Source: Dehalococcoidia bacterium (GTDB taxonomy: Bacteria; Chloroflexota; Dehalococcoidia; SZUA-161). From it: a stretch of DNA of 64,000 nucleotides. Both the position numbers and the translations under genes were made by a program. The stretch spans positions 70 to 64,069 of the forward strand of contig DUEY01000007.1 of NCBI GenBank assembly GCA_011174795.1, read 5' to 3'. The notes beneath the pieces are model-generated. The model searched no databases. It was given only the letters and a program-made list of their open reading frames with translations, and was not told the origin of the DNA. Every line of letters starts with the position of its first letter. Within the stretch, counting starts at the first letter, position 1. Below, piece after piece: positions 47,508-55,940 of the stretch.

Positions 47508-47536
47508 TTGACCTCGAAAGTCAACTTTGCTATACT
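47508..47536 (+). promoter_or_regulatory. Sigma70-type promoter of fabH
   Basis: TTGACC, a 17-bp spacer, then TATACT, about 35 nt upstream of the TTG start. Confidence 0.5.
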
Positions 47537-47570
47537 ACCTTCTCAATAAGCGCTCAAGAAAGGTGCCTTC

Positions 47571-48539
47571 TTGGCTCGATACGCAAGGGTCGTAGGTTGG
47601 GGCAAGTACCTGCCTGATAAGGTGCTCACAAACCAGGAACTTGAGCAATTAGTCGACACAACAGACGATTGGATTTTCAGCCGTACCGGTATTAAAGAAA
47701 GGCGGATCGTTGCCGCCGACGAGACATCGTCAACGATGGCAGCGCATGCCAGCAGGGAAGCGCTCGAGCTATCCGACCTTAAACCTGAGTCCGTTGACCT
47801 GATAATAGTGGGGACCTGCACCCCGGACCATATATTCCCCGCCTGCGCCGCTCTTGTTCAGGACTCCCTGGGCGCCACAAAGGCGGCTGCCTTCGATATC
47901 AACGCCGCCTGCAGCGGCTTCATTTATGCCCTGGCAACAGCCTACCAGTTCGTCGCGGCCGGTACCTACGAAAATGCCCTCGTCGTCGGCAGCGATGTCT
48001 ACTCACGAATTCTGGATTGGGAGGACCGTAATACCTGCGTCCTCTTCGGCGATGGCGCTGGAGCTGTGGTGGTACAGGCCAGCGGATCTCATCCAGGCTC
48101 GCTGAGCTTCGTCCTGGGTAACGATGGCTCTGGGGCAAGTACTATTTACACCCCGGGGCCCTGTGGCGTGAACGACGGGCGCTACTATCTCACTATGAAG
48201 GGGCCGGAGACGTTCAAGTTCGCAGTAAACATTGTCTGTGAGGCAACCAGGCAGGCTGTCGCCGCTGCCAACCTGGAGCTATCCGATATAGACCTCATAA
48301 TCCCCCACCAGGCCAATACGCGCATCCTTAAATCCGCTGCCAAGATGCTCGACCTGCCCCTGGACAAGTTTTACATGAATGTGGAGCGCTACGGTAATAC
48401 CTCGGCGGCCTCGATACCTATCGCACTCTGCGAGGCGATCGATGAAGGGCATATAAAGGACGGGGATAAGCTGGTCCTGGTCGGCTTTGGCGGCGGCCTT
48501 AGCTGGGCAGCCATGGTGATTGAATGGGGACGTGGCTAG
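47571..48539 (+). CDS. fabH: 3-oxoacyl-ACP synthase III
   Basis: Active-site context AACSGF, HQAN and GNTSAAS. Confidence 0.9.
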   Translation: MARYARVVGWGKYLPDKVLTNQELEQLVDTTDDWIFSRTGIKERRIVAADETSSTMAAHASREALELSDLKPESVDLIIVGTCTPDHIFPACAALVQDSLGATKAAAFDINAACSGFIYALATAYQFVAAGTYENALVVGSDVYSRILDWEDRNTCVLFGDGAGAVVVQASGSHPGSLSFVLGNDGSGASTIYTPGPCGVNDGRYYLTMKGPETFKFAVNIVCEATRQAVAAANLELSDIDLIIPHQANTRILKSAAKMLDLPLDKFYMNVERYGNTSAASIPIALCEAIDEGHIKDGDKLVLVGFGGGLSWAAMVIEWGRG

Positions 48540-48569
48540 CGAAACCAATAGTGGAATGAAACCAACCTT

Positions 48570-48597
48570 GTAGGGGCGCTTCGCGGAGCGCCCCTAC
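48570..48597. repeat. REP-like palindrome (GTAGGGGCGCT-tcgcgg-AGCGCCCCTAC)
   Basis: Perfect 11-bp stem, 30 nt downstream of fabH. This is the best copy of the family. Confidence 0.7.
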
Positions 48598-48677
48598 ATA
48601 CGACAAAGGCTCAAGACAAACAGGATTGGTGATAGGTTGGAGCATCTGTTCCAACCTTTGCCTGAGCACGGGGATAA

Positions 48678-50120
48678 TTGATGGACCTCGCAATTATTAT
48701 CCTTTACTTCGCAGTTATGGTAGCCATAGGCGCTTATGTCTACAGGAAAAGGCAGGCGTCGAGCAATGACGGCTTCTTCGTCGCCAACCGTAGCGGCACC
48801 ACCCTGCTCATAGCAGGCTCTCTCTGCGCCACCTTCATCGGATCATCGGTTGTGGTGGGGATGGTGGGACGGGGTTACCGAATGGGTTTTTCCGGTGCCT
48901 GGTGGCTTCTGGTGGGGACCATCGGCCTGCTGATACTGGGCTTCTTCTTCGCCCGTAAAGTAAGGAGGTTCGGGCTCTATACCCTGCCTGAACTGGTGGA
49001 GGGACAGTTCGGCAGTAAAGCGGGTCTGGCAGCATCCGTCCTTATCGTGGTCGCCTGGATAGCGATTATTGCCGCACAGATAATCGCTGCCGGCAAAGTT
49101 CTCACCGTTTTTACCTCCTTAGACCTTTCCCAGTTGATGACTATCTCCGCTTTTATATTCGTTCTCTACACGGTCCTGGGAGGCCAGTATTCGGTTATCC
49201 GAACAGACCTGGTCCAGTTCGGCATACTGATTGTCGGCATACTGGTAACACTTGGTTTCGTGGTGGACCGAGTAGGGGGGGTCGGCGAGTTAGCCTCCTC
49301 CCTCCCCTCGGAGCACTTCTCCTTACCGGTGAGCAGCAGCTTCGGATGGTACGAACTGCTCGTACTCCTTATCCTGACGGGCTCCACCTATGTCGTGGGT
49401 CCCGACATGTACTCCAGGCTGTTCTGTGCCCGTGATGAGGCGGTCGCCAGGAAATCCGCCTTTTACGCCGGGCTCATAGCCATACCGGTAGCTTTCATTA
49501 TCGTCCTCATCGGGATGGCAGCGCTGGTCTTATTTCCCGATATTCACGCTCAACACCCGGAGTTGTCGTATGCTCAAGCCAGCGAACTGGCCTACCCCAC
49601 GGTAATCGAAAATGTCCTGCCGGTCGGCGTAGCCGGCCTGGTGGCCGCAGCCCTGCTGGCAGCCATCATGTCGTCCGCCGATACCGTCCTGCTCACCACG
49701 AGCACCATACTCACTCAGGACATCTACAAACGCATTTCTCCCAACATGACCGAGCGCACGAGTCTCATAATAACGAGGCTGGGCGTGATTGTTATCGGCG
49801 CCATAGCACTGGTAATCGCGTGGCAGCGTCCCGGTATAATAAGCTCGCTGCTGCTGGCATATACCATTTTCACCAGCGGGATAGTAGTTCCGGTTATAGC
49901 GGGATTCTACAGGGATAAGCTCAAGGTCAATTCAGCAGGCGCGATAGCGGCCATCATCGGGGGAGGTGGCACAGCCCTGGCGATAAACCGGCTGACAGCA
50001 GCGGGATGGCTCAATGTGGATAAACTCGAGCTGGTAGGATTCGGCGTTTGCATTATATTGTTGTTCGGCGTAAGCTGGATAACAGCAAAGACAGGTTTGT
50101 TCTCCCAACAGAGAGGTTAA
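48678..50120 (+). CDS. Sodium:solute symporter (SSF) family transporter
   Basis: About 13 TM segments with an SSF-like N-terminal pattern (YRKRQASSNDGFFVANRS). The substrate cannot be inferred. Confidence 0.75.
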   Translation: MMDLAIIILYFAVMVAIGAYVYRKRQASSNDGFFVANRSGTTLLIAGSLCATFIGSSVVVGMVGRGYRMGFSGAWWLLVGTIGLLILGFFFARKVRRFGLYTLPELVEGQFGSKAGLAASVLIVVAWIAIIAAQIIAAGKVLTVFTSLDLSQLMTISAFIFVLYTVLGGQYSVIRTDLVQFGILIVGILVTLGFVVDRVGGVGELASSLPSEHFSLPVSSSFGWYELLVLLILTGSTYVVGPDMYSRLFCARDEAVARKSAFYAGLIAIPVAFIIVLIGMAALVLFPDIHAQHPELSYAQASELAYPTVIENVLPVGVAGLVAAALLAAIMSSADTVLLTTSTILTQDIYKRISPNMTERTSLIITRLGVIVIGAIALVIAWQRPGIISSLLLAYTIFTSGIVVPVIAGFYRDKLKVNSAGAIAAIIGGGGTALAINRLTAAGWLNVDKLELVGFGVCIILLFGVSWITAKTGLFSQQRG

Positions 50121-50145
50121 TTGAAGCGACGGAGGTACCGGGAAA

Positions 50146-50781
50146 ATGGAGATCGTCTGGCTGGGCCATTCATGCTTCAGAATACGGGGGAAGGAAGCCA
50201 CAATCGTTACCGACCCATTCGATAAAACGCTCGGCTATCCGGTTAAAAAACCAACGGCTACCATTGTCACCGTGAGCCACGAGCATCCTCAACACAGCTT
50301 CCTCAAAGGTGTTGCCGGAGAGCCCAAGGTAATCAGCAGGCCGGGAGAGTACGAGATAGCCCACGTTTTCATCAATGGCATCGCCACCTTCCACGACGCT
50401 AGCAAAGGGGAGCTGCGAGGCAAGAACACAGCTTTCTTTATTGAGATCGAGGACGTTAATATCTGCCATCTGGGAGACCTGGGGCACGTGCCGACAGCGG
50501 AGCAGACCGAGCAGATGAGCGATACCGATATCCTGATGGTGCCCATAGGTGGCGGAGATACCATGGGCGCAGCAGCAGCGGTGGAGACCATAAGCCTGCT
50601 TCAACCCAAGATTGTACTGCCGATGCACTACAAGACTGACGTGGTGAAGATGGAACTTGCCTCCCTGGAACCTTTCCTCAAGGAGATGGGACTGAAAGAA
50701 GTCACGCCGCAGCCGAAGCTCAGCATCAGCAAATCAAGCCTTCCCGCAGAGACCACGGTTGTGGTTCTTGACTACCACTAG
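50146..50781 (+). CDS. MBL-fold metal-dependent hydrolase (UPF0173-like)
   Basis: MEIVWLGHSCFRI...VTDPF and SHEHPQH motifs. Confidence 0.75.
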   Translation: MEIVWLGHSCFRIRGKEATIVTDPFDKTLGYPVKKPTATIVTVSHEHPQHSFLKGVAGEPKVISRPGEYEIAHVFINGIATFHDASKGELRGKNTAFFIEIEDVNICHLGDLGHVPTAEQTEQMSDTDILMVPIGGGDTMGAAAAVETISLLQPKIVLPMHYKTDVVKMELASLEPFLKEMGLKEVTPQPKLSISKSSLPAETTVVVLDYH

Positions 50782-50809
50782 CCCGTCCGGCTACGCTATT
50801 GCATTCTAA

Positions 50810-50836
50810 GTAGGTGCGCCTCGTGAAGCGCCCCTA
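50810..50836. repeat. REP-like palindrome (GTAGGTGCGC-N-GCGCCCCTAT)
   Basis: Family member located between the convergent MBL hydrolase gene and the small membrane protein gene. Confidence 0.6.
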
Positions 50837-50978
50837 TTATTGTTCCCTTGATAAAAGGGATAAGAGTAATCCCCCTTCCTCGAAGAGAGATTCAGGGGGA
50901 TTATGCTTTATACCCGGTTTAAAGATATGGCGAGTATGTCGAGGCTATGCGATAAAGTGCCTAAGCGCCGCCGCGGTA

Positions 50979-51227
50979 CTACTGATACGGTCTGCGAATG
51001 GGCTTGTCTGTAGCCCACCGCCCCAGGAGGTAGAACGAGAAACCGAGAAGCCAGATGAGAATGGAGCTTATTGGAGCCAGGGGAATGATAGACTGGTACG
51101 GCAATAGTGCCCCATCTCCTTCTGCCCCTGATGGTATCAGGGAGATTACACCCACGATAAAGCATAGCAGTATAAGGATAAACCAGAGCCGTTTTACCCG
51201 AAACCTTTGTATCATGCTGTCATGCAA
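50979..51227 (-). CDS. Small two-TM membrane protein co-transcribed with the CetZ-like gene
   Basis: Starts 4 nt after the upstream stop codon. Two hydrophobic helices (LWFILILLCFIVGVISLI and ISSILIWLLGFSFYLLG). No recognisable family. Confidence 0.5.
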   Translation of the reverse strand: MHDSMIQRFRVKRLWFILILLCFIVGVISLIPSGAEGDGALLPYQSIIPLAPISSILIWLLGFSFYLLGRWATDKPIRRPYQ

Positions 51228-51231
51228 ACCT

Positions 51232-52344
51232 TTACTCGGATTCTGCTTCCAGTTCCAGCGTAGACGCCTTTATACTCACAGGCGGCTTGACGTTATTGAT
51301 GCTAACGCCTAACCTGGGGATGTTATTGTAGCCTGCTAGCATCACTACACCAGCCACCGAGTCCCACCCCCTGATGGGGCAGTCTCCACCTCTCACCTCG
51401 TGCGTTGCTATGGAACTCTCCAGCCAGCTCTTGGCGTGGGAGAAGCCTTCCATATTGAGCTCGTCCGGCGGCCCGGCGATAATCATCAACGCCTTCTTGG
51501 CTTTGCTTATATCACAATCACCGGTCAGCCTCAGCGTGGCGGCGTTCCGTATCGCCGTGTAGCACCTCATAGCCGGGCTCAACTGGTCTATGGAGGTCTT
51601 CTTCTTCCAGAAAAGGAACCTGTCACGCACATTCTTGGTCTTCATCTCCGAATAGCCGATATAGCTGAACCCCTCCCATGAATTGATGATGTCGGAGGCG
51701 TCAATAACCTTGATCCCTACCCTGTCCTTCTCCGTCTCACCGGCACCGAGCATCAGGGGCAGTGGCTTCACCAGCTCGTGGTTCATGATGCTGTAGCTTG
51801 TCTCGAGCGGGAGCCCCTCCTTCTTCCAGACGTCGTTGTCGAACAGGAGGATACCGTTAACCTTACCATCCACCTCCTGAAGGCATTCGATAGCGTTCAT
51901 GGACATCAGCTTCCCCTCGTCCTCACTGGGGAGAACGCCTATAAAGTAGATTGGCTCCTCGTAGACCTCCCTGAGCTTGGAAACGATCACCGGCGATCCG
52001 CCGGAGCCAGTGCCGCCGCCGAGCCCCGCGATGACCAGAAAGCCGTCTATGTGATGGAGAACCTTCTCCGTAACCGAGTGCATGACCGAATGCAGCCCGT
52101 GCTTGGCCACCTTCTCCCCCACCTTGCGATTCAGCCCCACTCCGTGTCCCTTCACGACTGTCTGCCCAATAAGGATTCTATCCTTCTTCTGTATCGTTTT
52201 CAGTCCCAGCAGGTCAGCCTGCGCTGAATTGACAGCGATAACAAAGGGGACGATCCCCTGGTGCCTACCCCATAAACTGTGGTAGCTCAACAGGTCCGCA
52301 ATCCTGCCCCCAGCCTGACCGATACCTATAACACCAACCCTCAT
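51232..52344 (-). CDS. Tubulin/FtsZ-superfamily GTPase, CetZ-like
   Basis: GIGQAGG N-terminal loop. Tubulin signature AGLGGGTGSGGSP. AVNSAQADLLGLK, VKGHGVG, LFDNDVW, VIDASDIIN and EVRGGDCPI follow the archaeal CetZ pattern as I recall it. The FtsZ-type GGGGxNA and NVDFAD motifs are absent. Strong RBS GGAGGTG. Confidence 0.75.
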   Translation of the reverse strand: MRVGVIGIGQAGGRIADLLSYHSLWGRHQGIVPFVIAVNSAQADLLGLKTIQKKDRILIGQTVVKGHGVGLNRKVGEKVAKHGLHSVMHSVTEKVLHHIDGFLVIAGLGGGTGSGGSPVIVSKLREVYEEPIYFIGVLPSEDEGKLMSMNAIECLQEVDGKVNGILLFDNDVWKKEGLPLETSYSIMNHELVKPLPLMLGAGETEKDRVGIKVIDASDIINSWEGFSYIGYSEMKTKNVRDRFLFWKKKTSIDQLSPAMRCYTAIRNAATLRLTGDCDISKAKKALMIIAGPPDELNMEGFSHAKSWLESSIATHEVRGGDCPIRGWDSVAGVVMLAGYNNIPRLGVSINNVKPPVSIKASTLELEAESE

Positions 52345-52394
52345 TTTTCACCTCCAGTTGACAGATACACTATAAATATAAATACCAGCGACCC

Positions 52395-52424
52395 AGTTTA
52401 ACATAAAAATGAAGCTGTTGTCAA
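52395..52424 (-). promoter_or_regulatory. Probable promoter of the CetZ-like operon
   Basis: On the minus strand: TTGACA, an 18-bp spacer, then TAAACT, about 50 nt upstream of the ATG. Confidence 0.4.
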
Positions 52425-52543
52425 TACCTACTCGTCTCAGGGCATTTACTAACACCGATTATCCCCGCATCCACGCAAAGACCCTCATGAAGAAACCGAC
52501 GTTAGTAAATACTCTAAGTAAGCCCTGCCATTGTTAAACTGGC

Positions 52544-52575
52544 AAAAGCCGCCCGCCAAAAGACGGACGGCTTTT
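52544..52575. terminator. Bidirectional-looking rho-independent terminator after the 206-aa gene
   Basis: AAAAGCCGCCCGCC-aaaa-GACGGACGGCTTTT: a GC stem flanked by an A-run and a T-run, 25 nt downstream of the stop at 52600. Confidence 0.7.
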
Positions 52576-52599
52576 GTTACATACTTTGAATCAAGCGCT

Positions 52600-53220
52600 T
52601 TATACTCTGCGCCGCATGCTCATCACTGCCACGCCTATCGCGATGACAGCGAGAACCAGCGCAACTATCGGTAATGCCATTCCACCTGGTGCGTCTTCTC
52701 CCGGTATACCTTGATCACCCTGCGGTCCAGCGGCACCTGCGGGGCCTGTGGCTCCAGCGGGGATTGTCAGAGTGAGCACACCAGTTTCGGCATCGTAGTC
52801 CGCATCTGCAGGGCTACCTGTTACTACCACTACTGATGTGATCAGCCCACCCTCCTCCGGTCCCGTGCCGATGGTAAGGTCAAGTTCCTTATTGCCGCCG
52901 GCCTCGAAGGTGCTGGTCGCTACCTGTGTAGCACCGACCTTGAAGCTTACTGCCGCACCTTCGCTGTAATTCGTGCCCTCAGGTGGAGTTATCTCCAGCG
53001 CATACGTCCCGGCGCCGTAGACCGAGGGAGTGGAAGCGGTATACTCATCCCCCTCTATCGTGGCCGATACTACAGTGTCGTCAGGCGCAGGATCGCCGTA
53101 TATGGTCACGTCGCCATAGAACCGACACGGTAGCTGCAACCCTCCTTGTGCAAAAGCCATAGCCGGGAAGAGGAGAAGCGCTACCACTGCTAGCACAACC
53201 AATACTCTCACTTTGGTCAT
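52600..53220 (-). CDS. Secreted, C-terminally membrane-anchored protein with a short collagen-like (GXY)7 segment
   Basis: Signal peptide ending AFAQ. A beta-rich N-domain. GATGPAGAAGPQGDQGIPGED gives seven consecutive GXY triplets (nt 52693..52755). C-terminal TM helix plus an RRRV tail. Confidence 0.7.
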   Translation of the reverse strand: MTKVRVLVVLAVVALLLFPAMAFAQGGLQLPCRFYGDVTIYGDPAPDDTVVSATIEGDEYTASTPSVYGAGTYALEITPPEGTNYSEGAAVSFKVGATQVATSTFEAGGNKELDLTIGTGPEEGGLITSVVVVTGSPADADYDAETGVLTLTIPAGATGPAGAAGPQGDQGIPGEDAPGGMALPIVALVLAVIAIGVAVMSMRRRV

Positions 53221-53245
53221 ATCTTTTCCTCCTAATTTGAGTGGC

Positions 53246-53279
53246 CCCTGAGGAGCCCGCCAAACCGGGCTCCTCAGGG
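53246..53279 (-). promoter_or_regulatory. 13-bp perfect-stem intercistronic hairpin
   Basis: CCCTGAGGAGCCC-N8-GGGCTCCTCAGGG between the 677-aa and 206-aa genes. There is no T-run, and the AGGAGG RBS of the downstream gene follows. Confidence 0.6.
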
Positions 53280-53296
53280 ATTATCGCTATTTCCTC

Positions 53297-55330
53297 TTAT
53301 CTCCAGCCTATGTTATTCCAGCCCGCCTTCAGGTCGTAGCTGAAACCGCCAAAGATCAGGGTGCAGTCCTCGGTTACCTTGATCCAGTAGCCCCTGCCGG
53401 GAGTGAGCGACATCAGGTCGCTGCCGACGGGGTCTGCCGGGTCATACATCTGCCACTCGCCGTCGTAGTAGCCCCATACCCTGACCAGCTTGCCGGAGAT
53501 GCTTGCCGTGGCAACCGCTACGGTGTCAGGCTCCTCTTCAACGGTGAAGAACGTTGTCGCGGTCTCACCAGCAGCGGTGGCCCGCACCACAATCGCGCCT
53601 TGCGGCTGGCCGGGACAGGTGGCCGTGTATTCGAAGGCTCCGAAGCGGTCGGTCAGCGGCTTGTCCGCGAACTCGGCGGTGCCGAACTGAATCGTAACCG
53701 AAGTGTAGGCTCCGAACCCGTCTCCGCTTATCGTCACCTGGTCAGTTCCCGGCACTCCGGACGTCGGGCTCACGGCGATTGCCGGAGGCGGTACCGTATA
53801 TTTCACCGGTTCCGCTTGATTGCCTACAACCTCGACACCAACCTCATTGATGACCATATCGGCGGCTCTTACCTCGTTGTTGGCCCCCCTGTTGGCATCA
53901 GCGGGAACCACCAGCGTAGCGCCGAAGGCGCCGTTGGCATCGGGAATCGAGGTAACGGTGCGGGCAGTGGCCCCCTGGAAGGTTATGGTCACCGGATTGT
54001 CGGGCACCCAGCCTGCGCCGGTTATGGTTATCGTCGTTCCCCTTGGTCCCGTAACCGGGTTCACGGAGATCGTCGGCTTTGTTACCGTGAAGGTGCCGAA
54101 GGCGCTCAGATTATCGAGAAGTGTATTATCGTCGTAATCCGCGCCGCCGTCCATCGCCTGTATCGTGTTAGCTCCTATCGGGAGCCGTTGACCACCCGCC
54201 TCCTCAGCAGGGATTACGAATGTCGTTGGGCTTATCGAGCCGGTGGTATCGATCTCTATCGCCCCAGGCTGTATGCCGCCCGGGTTCAGGGAGATGTTAG
54301 TGGCGATGACAAGATCGTTAACATCGATTATGCTCATGTTGGGAGGCGCGCTCGGGGTCATATCCTCGCCGAGCAGCATAACAGTGGTCCCCAGCGGACC
54401 GCTGCTCGGGCTGAGCTCCAACACGCGGGGAAGAACGGTGAAGGTCGTCTCCGCAGTGTTAGGCGTTAGAGCGGTATCAGTACCCTCAACCTTCTTCACG
54501 CCGGGAAGCTGTGCCGGAGGTATCGTCACCCCCGGGTCGTCTATCACGCCGTTGGCATCTGCAGTAACTGTATCCCAGAACGCTCCCGCGAAGAAAAGGG
54601 TGACAGCGCCCGTCTCCCAGCCGCTTCCTTTCACCGTCACATCGTCGCCAGCAAGTGCGCTGCTCGGGCTCATCGTCAGCGTCGGCGTAACTTTGAAAGT
54701 ATCTGCATTCCCAGCAACTGAAGCAACTGCGCCCGCTCCATCTATGGCATCAACTACCTGGTCCCCGGCTCCAAGCAGCGGTATAGTGCCTGTAGCCGTG
54801 AAGCTTCCGTCAGCCGCAACAGGAACGCCGCTGGCGAAGGTCTGTCCGCCGACGGTCACAAGGGCGGTCACGCCGGCTGCAAATCCGGAGCCGGTTACCG
54901 TGGCGCTCGAGGCCACAGTTCCCTGCACCGGTGATATGACAACCTTGGGCTCAACCTGGATCCAGTTAAGACCCTGCAATGTGTTGACACCGTCGGTAAT
55001 CGTGACCTTATGGTCTCCCCACTCCGCAGCCGGAATCACTATACCGAACGTTGCTTGACCCGCAGGGACTATGCTCCCATCGCCAGTTGTCACCGTTGCT
55101 GGCGACGTTGTTAGCTTCACCCCGTCCATGGTAATGGTCAGTATAGCGCTCGGGAGGAAACCGGTTGCTACTATATTAACTGACTGTCCTACGGGCCCTG
55201 AAACTGGCGGTGGCGCACCGTTGAACGTAACAGTCTGTGCACCGGCTGGCGCTATAGTTATCGCCAGCAGGCTGCATACCATCGCCAGCACCACCAGCAC
55301 CCGTACAGTATTTGGAAATCTCTTCCTCAT
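53297..55330 (-). CDS. Secreted protein built of Ig-like (IPT/TIG-type) repeats; S-layer/envelope candidate
   Basis: Signal peptide. About 7 repeats of the pattern P..GP.G..VT..G.GF....V.I.F.G, with a Thr/Val/Gly-rich beta composition. The C-terminal GRGYWIKV...GWNNIGW segment is unassigned. Confidence 0.65.
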   Translation of the reverse strand: MRKRFPNTVRVLVVLAMVCSLLAITIAPAGAQTVTFNGAPPPVSGPVGQSVNIVATGFLPSAILTITMDGVKLTTSPATVTTGDGSIVPAGQATFGIVIPAAEWGDHKVTITDGVNTLQGLNWIQVEPKVVISPVQGTVASSATVTGSGFAAGVTALVTVGGQTFASGVPVAADGSFTATGTIPLLGAGDQVVDAIDGAGAVASVAGNADTFKVTPTLTMSPSSALAGDDVTVKGSGWETGAVTLFFAGAFWDTVTADANGVIDDPGVTIPPAQLPGVKKVEGTDTALTPNTAETTFTVLPRVLELSPSSGPLGTTVMLLGEDMTPSAPPNMSIIDVNDLVIATNISLNPGGIQPGAIEIDTTGSISPTTFVIPAEEAGGQRLPIGANTIQAMDGGADYDDNTLLDNLSAFGTFTVTKPTISVNPVTGPRGTTITITGAGWVPDNPVTITFQGATARTVTSIPDANGAFGATLVVPADANRGANNEVRAADMVINEVGVEVVGNQAEPVKYTVPPPAIAVSPTSGVPGTDQVTISGDGFGAYTSVTIQFGTAEFADKPLTDRFGAFEYTATCPGQPQGAIVVRATAAGETATTFFTVEEEPDTVAVATASISGKLVRVWGYYDGEWQMYDPADPVGSDLMSLTPGRGYWIKVTEDCTLIFGGFSYDLKAGWNNIGWR

Positions 55331-55469
55331 CTAGTCTCTCCTTTCTCGGGCGAATTATCACATTGCCCTGAATAACCATCTGCTAATTCCTTCATCATTG
55401 TAGTCTTCATTCCATATAACCACCTCCTTAAAACTGGACATATTGAGCCGAATTTTGACACGTTAGTTC

Positions 55470-55499
55470 ATTGTAAGCACCTTTCATCCCTCTTGTCAA
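55470..55499 (-). promoter_or_regulatory. Probable promoter of the envelope-protein operon, with a leader of about 125 nt
   Basis: On the minus strand: TTGACA, an 18-bp spacer, then TACAAT. RBS AAAGGAGAG at the gene start. Confidence 0.45.
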
Positions 55500-55666
55500 G
55501 CCTTTTCCCGCAAGAAAACAGAAAAAGCCCCGCGCATCTCATTAAAAAGGCGCTCGACAATGAATAATCCCCAAATTTATATATGATGACAGGCTGCCGG
55601 GGGAAGCACGGTCCTGCCCCGCCCGGGCACCCCTCTCCTGTAATTCCCCCTCTGCTCTTCCTGCAT

Positions 55667-55767
55667 GGACTGACGGACTATCACCTGTTTTCGTGCCAGA
55701 CCGGCTAGTCCCTTCAGTCCGTACCGCTTAGTCCGACAAGTCCCTTTCAGCTTTGAATAAAACGGAC
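55667..55767. repeat. Cluster of seven GGACT/AGTCC pentamers
   Basis: GGACT at 55667, 55675 and 55763. AGTCC at 55707, 55716, 55730 and 55739 (spacings 9, 14, 9). All lie in a region without ORFs. Confidence 0.6.
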
Positions 55768-55911
55768 TGTTAAGCTTTTAACATTTTTTTAACCTTTTGT
55801 CAACCCCCTCTTACTACTTTTTCTCCATTTCCGCAGCGAGAACTGCCGTTACTTGCCCATAAGGATCTGTACGCCGAGATAGACGTGTGACTAGTCGTCC
55901 CGGCAATCTGA

Positions 55912-55940
55912 TTGCGCCCTTTTTGGTTATATGCTATAAT
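55912..55940 (+). promoter_or_regulatory. Probable folD-fhs promoter (extended -10)
   Basis: TTGCGC, a 17-bp spacer, then TGcTATAAT. This leaves a leader of about 210 nt before the folD ATG. Confidence 0.45.

Noticed and set aside
55590-55650. SRP (4.5S) RNA-like hairpin (CAGGCTGCCGGGGGAAGCACGGTCCTG).
   Set aside because: It resembles the GGAAGCA region only superficially. The GNAR tetraloop context and the symmetric-loop nucleotides do not line up with the domain IV consensus.
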